Below are positions 1 through 7,885 of a stretch of 37,293 bases of DNA, one piece after another. A program made the translations under genes and the position numbers. Source of the DNA: Candidatus Fermentibacteraceae bacterium (lineage in GTDB: Bacteria; Fermentibacterota; Fermentibacteria; Fermentibacterales; JCC-6); assembly GCA_041686025.1 (NCBI GenBank), contig JAWLEP010000016.1:24801-62093 (forward strand). The letters run 5' to 3'. How positions within the stretch are numbered: position 1 is the stretch's first letter; every line of letters begins with the position of its first letter. Below the pieces are notes generated by a model. The model had not been told where the DNA came from. It saw only the letters and a program-made list of their open reading frames with translations, and ran no database searches.

Positions 1-21
1 TCTAAAAAGGTGCCTAAAAAG

Positions 22-139
22 GTGCCAGGCACTTGAATTGAACGGTTGCAGGGTAGGGAAAGCCCATTCAAGTGCCAGGCACTTGAATTGAACGGTTGCG
101 AAGTAGGGAATTACGTAACGTAAGTGCCTGGCACTTACG
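22..139. repeat. Cluster of three REP-like palindromes (core GTGCCWGGCAC) at ~50-bp spacing
   Basis: GTGCCAGGCACTTGAATTGAACGGTTGC occurs at 22-49 and 72-99. Perfect palindromes are ATTCAAGTGCC-A-GGCACTTGAAT (66-88) and CGTAAGTGCC-T-GGCACTTACG (119-139). A 12-bp tandem duplication CTAAAAAGGTGC lies at 2-25. Confidence 0.85.
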
Positions 140-285
140 CGCACTTGCATGGGCTTTCGCGGGGCGGGCGCATTGGGTAGATTAGCGGGCAGGTGACGGA
201 GAGCATCCGCCGCCGGAACCGCCCCGACGTGAGCGGATATTCCAGTTGCAGCTAACCGGTACGTACACTTCCATGGAGGTCTGTA

Positions 286-1521
286 ATGGCTATTGTCCGA
301 CCCTTCAGGGGCCTCAGGCCAAGGCAAGACCTGGCGGAGAAGATCGCGTCTCCGCCCTACGACGTTCTGGATTCAGACGAAGCCCGGGAGATGGTGCGGG
401 ACAATCCCCTGAGCTTCCTGCGGGTGGTCAAGCCCGAGGTGGACCTGGACCCGGACGTGGACCTCTACAGCGAGAAGGTCTACCAGCAGGGAGCCAGGAA
501 CCTCCGCCGGCTGATGGAGGAGGGGCACATGGTCCAGGACGGCAAGCCCCTGTTCTACTTCTACCGGCAGGTTATGGGGGACCACAGCCAGGTGGGCCTG
601 GTGGCCTGCGTCTCCGCCGAGGACTACCGGCGGGACGTGATAAAGAAGCACGAGCACACCAGGGAGGCGAAGGAGCGCGACCGGGTCCGCCACATAGAGG
701 CCCAGAACGCCCAGTCCGGGCCCGTGTTCCTCACCTACAACGACGCAGAGGAGCTGAACGCCCTGCAGGAGGGCATCTGCCAGGGCGAGCCGGTCTACGA
801 CTTCACCGCCCCCGACGGAGTCCGGCACACCATGTGGCTGGTGGACGACCCCGGCGACATAGAGAAGGTCATCCGGGTGTTCGGCGACGTGCCCACCCTG
901 TACGTGGCCGACGGCCACCACCGCAGCGCCGCCGGCACCATAGTGGCGCAGAAGCGGGCGGAGTCCAACCCCAACCACACCGGGCAGGAGGAGTACAACT
1001 ACTTCCTGGCCGTCCTCTTCCCCAAGAGCCACATGAAGATACTGCCCTACAACCGGGTGGTGGCCGACCTGAACGGCCTCTCGAAGGAGGAATTCCTGCA
1101 GAAGGTGTCCGAGAGGTTCGAGGTTGGCGAGACCCCCGAGAAGTCACCGAAGAGCCCCCGTCACTACGCCATGTACCTGGACGGGAAGTGGTACGGGCTG
1201 ACCCCGAAGGAGGGGACCTTCGACGCCGACGACCCGGTGGCCAGCCTGGACGCCAGCATACTGCAGAACAACCTGCTGTCTCCCGTGCTGCGCATAGAAA
1301 ATCCCCGCACCGACGACAGGATAGACTTCGTGGGCGGCATCCGGGGCACCGACGAGCTGGAGAGGCGCGTGGACTCCGGAGGGTCCCGGGTGGCCTTCAG
1401 CCTCTACCCCACAACCGTGGATCAGCTGCTGGCAGTGGCGGAGTCGGGCCGGGTGATGCCTCCCAAGTCCACCTGGTTCGAGCCCAAGCTGCGCAGCGGC
1501 ATGGTGATCCACGTACTCTGA
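286..1521 (+). CDS. DUF1015 family protein (411 aa)
   Basis: GGAGG RBS; motifs IASPPYDV, IKKHEHT, YVADGHHRSAA and MPPKSTWFEPKLRSG typical of DUF1015; GC3-rich codons. Confidence 0.92.
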   Translation: MAIVRPFRGLRPRQDLAEKIASPPYDVLDSDEAREMVRDNPLSFLRVVKPEVDLDPDVDLYSEKVYQQGARNLRRLMEEGHMVQDGKPLFYFYRQVMGDHSQVGLVACVSAEDYRRDVIKKHEHTREAKERDRVRHIEAQNAQSGPVFLTYNDAEELNALQEGICQGEPVYDFTAPDGVRHTMWLVDDPGDIEKVIRVFGDVPTLYVADGHHRSAAGTIVAQKRAESNPNHTGQEEYNYFLAVLFPKSHMKILPYNRVVADLNGLSKEEFLQKVSERFEVGETPEKSPKSPRHYAMYLDGKWYGLTPKEGTFDADDPVASLDASILQNNLLSPVLRIENPRTDDRIDFVGGIRGTDELERRVDSGGSRVAFSLYPTTVDQLLAVAESGRVMPPKSTWFEPKLRSGMVIHVL

Positions 1522-2021
1522 TGTACCGCAGAGCGCTCCTGGCCTGCGCCGCCTCCGCGGCCCTTCTGGGCTGCGGCGGCGGCTCTGGCGCCTCCCGGGC
1601 GGTGGAGGACTTCGCGGCGGCCATGGCCGACTCCGCCTACGGCGACGCCTGGGAGATGCTGACTCCGGCGACGCAGGCGCGCTACGACAGCACGGTGGCC
1701 GTGCTGCAGCGCTTCGGATGGCGGGAGTCCCGGGAGTCCCTCACCGACATGGCCGGGGAGATCACCGAGGAGGAGCTCGACACCCTCACCGGGCGGGGGC
1801 TTTTCGTCCTCTCCTCCGCCGCCCATCCGGAGACGGCCGACCTCAGCGACGCCATTGAATCCGTGACCCGTCCGGACAGCGGCGTTGCCGTGGTGGTCCT
1901 GGAGACGAATATTGGGCCTCAGGAGGTAGTGGTACGCAGAATCGAGGGACGGTGGCTTCTGGATCTCACGCAGCTCCGGCCACCTGCCGAAAGGGGCGGA
2001 CATGGGTCTGATCAGCCGTAA
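1521..2021 (+). CDS. Hypothetical lipoprotein (166 aa), possibly NTF2-like
   Basis: ATG overlaps the upstream stop (TGATG); signal peptide with lipobox LLGC. This is the C-terminal part of track ORF 246..2021. Confidence 0.75.
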   Translation: MYRRALLACAASAALLGCGGGSGASRAVEDFAAAMADSAYGDAWEMLTPATQARYDSTVAVLQRFGWRESRESLTDMAGEITEEELDTLTGRGLFVLSSAAHPETADLSDAIESVTRPDSGVAVVVLETNIGPQEVVVRRIEGRWLLDLTQLRPPAERGGHGSDQP

Positions 2022-2343
2022 CTGGGTTATCTGGGCGTTCATCTTCGGCGGGATTGGCCTGATCTTCCTGCTGATCGGCCTGGGTGTGGACCTGGGCAAG
2101 TGGTGGCCCGCCTTCTTCACCGTGGTGGGACTGGCCTCCATCGCCCGCGGCGTCCGTGAGCAGGGCAACGTGACCCTGGGGACGATGCTCATCGGCTGGA
2201 GCGCCGGGCTGGTCGTGGCCCTTCACGGAGAGGAGCTGGGCATTCCCCACGCCACCTGGTTCTTCATCGGCGTCTTCATACTCTGGATCCCCGTGGCCTG
2301 GCTGCTGGGCAGGAGCATGACACCCTCGCAGTCCTCGGGATGA
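2002..2343 (+). CDS. Small 4-TM membrane protein (LiaF/LiaI-like transmembrane region)
   Basis: Four hydrophobic segments, WWP motif, overlaps both neighbours in an operon. Confidence 0.75.
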   Translation: MGLISRNWVIWAFIFGGIGLIFLLIGLGVDLGKWWPAFFTVVGLASIARGVREQGNVTLGTMLIGWSAGLVVALHGEELGIPHATWFFIGVFILWIPVAWLLGRSMTPSQSSG

Positions 2344-3392
2344 AGGGCCTGCGCAGGCCCTTCCGGATCATCGCCGGGCTGGCCGCCATCTCCGCGGTCC
2401 TGGTCTGTGGCTGCCTCGACGACCCGGTGGAGTACGGGGACTACAACATCCTGATCGCCGAGCTGAGCCTGGCCTGGAACACCTTCGACCAGCACTACGT
2501 GGGCTTCGTCGAGGCGGACGTGGACTGGGACCAGTCCTGGGAGACCGCCTGCGGGCGCATGGACACGGTGGTCAGCTACCGGGGGCTGGGCCGGGTGATC
2601 TGGCAGATGGAGGAGCCGCTGCAGGACCCCGGTGTCCATCTCTCGCAGTACAACACCGGATGGAGCGGCACTCCCTACATGGTCGACCCCACCTTCAACA
2701 TCGACACCACGCTGCACGACCAGTACCTGGACTCCCTGGGCTACCAGCAGGTGGAGAGCTCCTGGGGGTACTGCGTGGTGGCGGACTCCACGGTGCCCAT
2801 GTTCGTGATCACCGGCTGGACCGGCTTCAGCTTCGCAGTCTTCGACGAGGTCTTCAACCCCATGCTGGAGTACGCAGAGGGGATGATAATCGACGCCAGG
2901 AGGGCCCCGGGCTCCTCATACAGCATGTACATATCCATGCCCCAGCTGGTGGCCAACCGCTTCGCCGACGAGCTCAGGGACGGCTACTACAGGCAGTACA
3001 GAAACGGCCCGGCCAGGGACGACCTCTGCGAGCCCATACCCTACAGGCTTCACCCCCGCGGCGGCTTCACCGGGCCCACGCTGGTGCTCATGGGCCAGCA
3101 GAACAGCAGCCTTACCGAGAGGTTCTTGTCCATGATGGGCTCCCTGCCCCATGTGACGCTGGCGGGTGACACCACCTACGGCCGTGCCGACGCCTCCACC
3201 CAGTTCGACCTGGGAGGGGGCCGCATAGGCGTGCCGGACACGTCCATACTGGCCTGGAACGGGCAGCGGATACAGCGCTACGGGATTCCGCCGGAGGTGT
3301 CGGTACCCGCCGACTCCGAGGACTTCGCTGCCGGGGTCGATCCGGTGCTGGAGCACGCCCTGGAATGGGCGGAGGGCCTTCGGCCTAGATAG
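2340..3392 (+). CDS. S41 family peptidase lipoprotein (tricorn C1-like plus S41 domain)
   Basis: ATGA overlap; lipobox VCGC; WNTFDQHY..F..DVDW, GMIIDARR, NSSLTERF (aligns with TASAAE; Ser retained), LAGDTTYG, GIPPEV, DPVLEHA. Confidence 0.8.
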   Translation: MKGLRRPFRIIAGLAAISAVLVCGCLDDPVEYGDYNILIAELSLAWNTFDQHYVGFVEADVDWDQSWETACGRMDTVVSYRGLGRVIWQMEEPLQDPGVHLSQYNTGWSGTPYMVDPTFNIDTTLHDQYLDSLGYQQVESSWGYCVVADSTVPMFVITGWTGFSFAVFDEVFNPMLEYAEGMIIDARRAPGSSYSMYISMPQLVANRFADELRDGYYRQYRNGPARDDLCEPIPYRLHPRGGFTGPTLVLMGQQNSSLTERFLSMMGSLPHVTLAGDTTYGRADASTQFDLGGGRIGVPDTSILAWNGQRIQRYGIPPEVSVPADSEDFAAGVDPVLEHALEWAEGLRPR

Positions 3393-4398
3393 AGGTCAGG
3401 ACTATCAGGTACTCGCCGTTGCGGTGGGTGGAGACGGCCCAGGGGTAGCCCTCCAGCTCCGCCGTCATCTGCACCTGCCCGTGAAGGTAGTTCAGCGCCA
3501 CCACCACCGTCCGGTCGCCGTCGGCGCAAGCCGCGTAGAACAGGGGGCTCGAGCCCGGGGGGCTGGCAGATACGGAGGTGGGGTGTCCCTCCACCGGGAA
3601 CGATGACACGGAAGGTCCCATCTCGCCCATCTTCACCATCAGCAGCCGCCCGTTGTCCGCGTCCCACCGGGGAGCGCCGGCGCATACTATCGTGTCCGCA
3701 CCGGCCACCGCCACGTCGGAGAAGGGCCCCGAGCTCCCCGAGAGCAAGCTGATGGACCCCCCGGCCTCGATGTCAACGATGTTGACTCCGCCCTGGCCCT
3801 CGTGGGCGGAGACCAGGACGTCGGGGGCGGAGAGGTAGCCGGCCAGGGACACCGGCAGCTCGGGGACCTCGATCACCTTGCCCACGTGGTTGTCGGAGGT
3901 CCAGACCTCCCGTATCCTGCCCTGCTCCATGTCGGAGACGTATATGCGGGGGATCGACCCCGGCGACCGGCAGATGTCCGAGGGTGACGCCCCTGCGGTG
4001 AAGTCGTCCACGATGCCGAAGGTCTCGCTGTCCATCTCCAGTATCTTCCCCGACCCGGTGAGCAGGTATATGGTGCTGGCCGAGGGGGACTTCACCATCC
4101 GCCGGATGCCGGCGCCCGAACCTGCGGTAACCTGCTGGTGCCTGACGATCTCCAGCACCTCGGAGTCCACCTCGTACACCCGTCCGGTGCTGGTGCCCAC
4201 CAGGAAGCGGCTGCCCCCCATGGAGACCAGGGAGCGCGCCCCGTCCATGCCGGCCACGTACCCTACCACCGAGAGGTCCGAGGTCCTCAGTATCACCGCC
4301 CCGAACTCCCCGCTGTCGGTGTACTCGGTTACCTCGTGGCAGCCGGCCGCCAGGAGCAGAGCGCAGAGGGCCGGGGCCATCCATCTCGCCGCTACCAT
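3385..4398 (-). CDS. YncE-like beta-propeller lipoprotein (337 aa)
   Basis: ATG at 4398 overlaps the TonB receptor stop; lipobox AAGC; repeated propeller-like motifs (GASPSDI, GHPTSV, GYPWAV). This is the C-terminal part of track ORF 3385..6291. Confidence 0.75.
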   Translation of the reverse strand: MVAARWMAPALCALLLAAGCHEVTEYTDSGEFGAVILRTSDLSVVGYVAGMDGARSLVSMGGSRFLVGTSTGRVYEVDSEVLEIVRHQQVTAGSGAGIRRMVKSPSASTIYLLTGSGKILEMDSETFGIVDDFTAGASPSDICRSPGSIPRIYVSDMEQGRIREVWTSDNHVGKVIEVPELPVSLAGYLSAPDVLVSAHEGQGGVNIVDIEAGGSISLLSGSSGPFSDVAVAGADTIVCAGAPRWDADNGRLLMVKMGEMGPSVSSFPVEGHPTSVSASPPGSSPLFYAACADGDRTVVVALNYLHGQVQMTAELEGYPWAVSTHRNGEYLIVLTSI

Positions 4399-7022
4399 GA
4401 TATCCCCATCCTCAGCACGGCGTGCCTGGCAGGCGACCAGGCCCCGGGGTTGGCGGCCTCTCCCCCCGGCTCGCCGGTCTCGTTGTACCACTCCACGTCG
4501 TAGATCTTGTCCAGGTTGCGCCGGTCGAAGAGGTTGTAGACCGTAATCCCCAGCTCCATGGTCACCGGCCCCGCCCAGATCTTCCGCGACAGCCCCAGGT
4601 CGGTCTGCATGCTGAAGGGGTAGCGCTCGGTGTTCACCTGCACTATCACCGACTGCCCCGGAGGCGGGCTGTAGGGGAAGCCGCTTCCCCAGGTCCAGTC
4701 CAGGCTGAGGCTGGCCCCCTCCAGCACCGGGTACCCGGCCAGCCGGAGGCCGTCGCCGCGGGGGCACTCCACCGTCAGGTGGGCGTCGGCCGTGTGCCTC
4801 TGGTCCCAGTCCAGGTAGTTGTCCTCGCCGATGTTGATCTGCAGGCCCTCGGTGGCGTAGCGGTAGGCCTCGGTGGGGGAGGAGTACCTGCCCTTGGCTA
4901 TGGAATAGGTGTAGCTGATGTTGCCCGACCACCAGGTGCCCGGCAGCCGCAGCAGCCGCACCTCGGCGCCCCGGACGTTTCCGTGGCTGTCGTCGTTCTC
5001 GTAGAGGAAGTAGTCGTTGTAGGTCTCGCTGTAGTGCTGGGCCGTCCTCACCAGGCCGGTGATGTCCTTGTAGAAGGCCGACACCGCCACCGACGACAGG
5101 TCGGTGAGGCGGTGGCGGAAGCCCAGCTCGTAGGCGTCGGTGCGTTCGGCGTCCAGGTCGGGGTTGCCCACTATGGAGTTGTCGCTGGTGATGCTGTAGT
5201 CGGTGCCGAAGTAGAGCTGGTTGAGGTTGGGCATCTGGAAGTAGTGGCCGTAGGTGGCGAAGAAGACGTCCCGCTCCGTCACCGGGTTGGTGATGCCTAT
5301 CCTGGGGCTCAGCTGGGTCTTGGCGTCCACCGCCACCACCCCGCTGTCCGCCGGCGAGAACCGGTCGGTGTTGGCGTTGAAGTAGTCGTAGCGCAGCCCC
5401 GCGTTGACCACCAGCCCCCCGGAGAAGCGCGACGTGGTCTGCGCGTAGGCCGACCCGGAGTAGGGGAAGGCCTCGAAGAGGCTGACGAAGTTGCTTCCCG
5501 AGCCCTCGTTGTAGACGCTGTAGTCGTAGATGTCGTAGTAGCGCCCCTCCACGCCGCCCTTCAGCTCGAAGGAGGGCCCGAACCTGCCGGTGACGTCCAC
5601 CCTGGCCGTGTTGGTGTAGCTCTGGGACTCCAGCCACACGTCCGGATGCACACCCTGGTGGTAGAAGCCCAGCGAGTCCTGCAGCCTGGGCTCGGGAAGG
5701 TAGAAGGCCACCCAGTCGGAGGGGCCGTAGCCCTCGCCCCTGTATCCCCCGTCCTCGCTGCGTATGCGGCGCCAGTTGCAGAAGCGCCCCCGGTTGGCCT
5801 TGAAGTCCAGGAAGACCTGGTCGCTGAGGACCTGGGTGAGCCCGAAGGTGAAACCGTAGTCCTCCCGGTACCTGATGGGAAGGGCGTAGTCGGGGTTGCC
5901 CCCCAGCACCGCATCGCCGCCTATGAAGACCGACTGGTCGTACCGCGACCACAGCCACTCGTCCCAGCCGGACTGCCGGTAGCTGTAGGTGGCCAGCAGG
6001 GACAGCCTGGTTCCCCCCGAGGGCCGGTAGGTGAGCTTCCCCGAGCCCGCCAGGCCGTTCTGCCAGTTGTTCTCCCAGAAGCCGCGGCTGTCCTCGAGGT
6101 CGCGGCCGCTGCGCAGCCAGCTGGCCGACCCGAACACCCGGGCCTTCCCCGGGACCCGCACCCCCAGCAGGGGCAGCAGGTGCGTGGTGACGGGCTCCGG
6201 GCCGCCGGCGGCGGCCTCCACGTTCCAGCAGTCGCTGCGGTAGTTGTCGTTCTCCGCCGGCGTGGAGTAGTTGCGGGACTCGCTCTCCCACCCGAACTCG
6301 CTCATCTCCCCCCGCCGGACCATGATCTCCCCGGAGTAGTCGTCGCCCCCCTCCCGGGTGACCATGTTCACCACGCCGGACATGGCGTTGCCGTACTCGG
6401 CGGTGAGCCCGCCGGTGGTGATGGACGCCTGCTGCAGCGCCACCAGGGGCACCGGGCTGAAGTAGGAGTCCAGCAGCGGCGAGTCCACCTCTATGCCGTC
6501 CAGCATGTAGGCCACCTCGCCCGCCCGGCCTCCACGGACGTGCAGCGCCCCGCCCCGGGAGACCACCCCCGGCTGGCGGCGGACCACGTCCAGTATGCCG
6601 GCCACCGGCATCAGCTTTATCTCGTCTCGGTCTATCACGTGTATGGTGGAGGGGACGTCCTCCAGTATCAGGCTTCTCTGGTCGGTGACCTGGATCACCG
6701 TCTGGCCGCTGGCCTCCCGGGTAAGCTGGAAGTCTATCCTGGTGGACTGGTCGGCCACCACGGTGACCCCCTCCTTGGTCACCGAGCCCATGCCCACCAT
6801 CCTGGCCACCACGGTGTACTCGCCGGGGCCGAGCATGGGGATGTAGTACTCCCCGGCGGCGTCTGTCATGGAGCCGTAGGTCGTGCCCCGGATGATAACG
6901 CTGGCCCCCACCAGCGGCTCGCCGGAGGCGTCGGTGACCACTCCCATGATCCTGCCGGTGGTACCGGCCATCGCGCCCCCGGTCAGGGCAAGGACAGCTA
7001 AGGTGATGAGCAACAGCTTCAT
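4392..7022 (-). CDS. TonB-dependent receptor with N-terminal carboxypeptidase-regulatory-like domain (876 aa)
   Basis: Signal peptide; GTTGRIMGVVTDASGEPLVGASV; plug motifs LHVRGGRAGEVAYMLDG and AEYGNAMSGVVN; barrel motifs NAGLRYDYF, SPRIG, GNPDLDAERT, YNLFD; C-terminal Trp. Confidence 0.93.
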   Translation of the reverse strand: MKLLLITLAVLALTGGAMAGTTGRIMGVVTDASGEPLVGASVIIRGTTYGSMTDAAGEYYIPMLGPGEYTVVARMVGMGSVTKEGVTVVADQSTRIDFQLTREASGQTVIQVTDQRSLILEDVPSTIHVIDRDEIKLMPVAGILDVVRRQPGVVSRGGALHVRGGRAGEVAYMLDGIEVDSPLLDSYFSPVPLVALQQASITTGGLTAEYGNAMSGVVNMVTREGGDDYSGEIMVRRGEMSEFGWESESRNYSTPAENDNYRSDCWNVEAAAGGPEPVTTHLLPLLGVRVPGKARVFGSASWLRSGRDLEDSRGFWENNWQNGLAGSGKLTYRPSGGTRLSLLATYSYRQSGWDEWLWSRYDQSVFIGGDAVLGGNPDYALPIRYREDYGFTFGLTQVLSDQVFLDFKANRGRFCNWRRIRSEDGGYRGEGYGPSDWVAFYLPEPRLQDSLGFYHQGVHPDVWLESQSYTNTARVDVTGRFGPSFELKGGVEGRYYDIYDYSVYNEGSGSNFVSLFEAFPYSGSAYAQTTSRFSGGLVVNAGLRYDYFNANTDRFSPADSGVVAVDAKTQLSPRIGITNPVTERDVFFATYGHYFQMPNLNQLYFGTDYSITSDNSIVGNPDLDAERTDAYELGFRHRLTDLSSVAVSAFYKDITGLVRTAQHYSETYNDYFLYENDDSHGNVRGAEVRLLRLPGTWWSGNISYTYSIAKGRYSSPTEAYRYATEGLQINIGEDNYLDWDQRHTADAHLTVECPRGDGLRLAGYPVLEGASLSLDWTWGSGFPYSPPPGQSVIVQVNTERYPFSMQTDLGLSRKIWAGPVTMELGITVYNLFDRRNLDKIYDVEWYNETGEPGGEAANPGAWSPARHAVLRMGISW

Positions 7023-7113
7023 GGAATCCCTTTCCATCCGACAGCCGCGGGGTTGATCTGCCTGCCGAAGCTAGTCAAATGCTCCCCGGCGGGCCACCCC
7101 GAAGCCCCGCCCG

Positions 7114-7881
7114 TCAGTCCTCCATCACGAATATGACCCGGCGGATGCCCTCCCCCCGGGCCCGGTCCTTCAGGGTCTCCTTCAGGCGGCTGATGGCGGT
7201 GGAGTCGGCCTTGCGGTAGTGGACAACGGCCCGGGTTCCCTCCAGGTACACCCGCAGCCTCTGGCGGACGATGGGCCGCAGGGGGGCCTCCAGCTCCTCC
7301 ACCAGGGCCAGCTCCCGCCGAAGAAGGGGGGTACCCTCGGGAATCCTGGTGGCCAGGCAGGAGTCGTCGGGCCGGGGCCTTCCGGTCATCCCCAGCGCCC
7401 GGCCCAGCCGCTCCACGTCCGTCCTGCCCATGCCGGCGTCCAGGAAGGGCCGCCGCACCCCACTCTCCTCCGCCGCCCGCATGCCGGGACGGTCCCCGCC
7501 CGGGTCGTCGGTGTTGGTGCCGTCGGCCAGGACGTCCACGTCCTCCTCCCGGCCCGCCTCGCCCAGCACCGTGTAGATGGTCCGCTTGCAGTGGTAGCAC
7601 CGGTCGGGGCCGTTGGCCCGTACACCCGGGACCGACATGGGGTCCCACCGCACGAACCTGTGCGGGACCCCCAGGCCGCCCACCAGGGAGCGGATCACCC
7701 GCCGGTAGTGGTCGGCCAGCAGCGGCGAGTCGGCGGTGAGGGCCAGCACCCCGTCGCGGCCCCGCACCTCCGCCGCCGCCCGCAGAAGCACCTCGCTGTC
7801 CAGGCCCCCGGAGACCGCGACGGCCAGCCCGTCCGGCTCCGAGAGGGCCCCGCGAAGCTCCTCCGGTACCCTACCCGTCAA
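7114..7881 (-). CDS. larE: LarE-like ATP-dependent sulfur transferase (TIGR00268-like PP-loop protein)
   Basis: PP-loop SGGLDS; NGPDRCYHCK; DGTNTDD..DRPGMRAAEE; SCLATRIP; TTG start after GGAGTGAGG. Confidence 0.85.
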   Translation of the reverse strand: MTGRVPEELRGALSEPDGLAVAVSGGLDSEVLLRAAAEVRGRDGVLALTADSPLLADHYRRVIRSLVGGLGVPHRFVRWDPMSVPGVRANGPDRCYHCKRTIYTVLGEAGREEDVDVLADGTNTDDPGGDRPGMRAAEESGVRRPFLDAGMGRTDVERLGRALGMTGRPRPDDSCLATRIPEGTPLLRRELALVEELEAPLRPIVRQRLRVYLEGTRAVVHYRKADSTAISRLKETLKDRARGEGIRRVIFVMED

Positions 7882-7885
7882 GACC

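Noticed and set aside
1..140. CRISPR array
   Set aside because: Only 2-3 units, the inter-repeat sequences are themselves similar, and no cas genes are present. It fits REP-like palindromes better.
246..1520. N-terminal 425 aa of track ORF 246..2021
   Set aside because: G/P/R-rich off-frame shadow of DUF1015; the real gene starts at 1521.
4399..7001. Long ORFs 3385..6291 (N-terminal part) and 4422..7001
   Set aside because: Off-frame and antisense shadows of the TonB receptor, expected at high GC.
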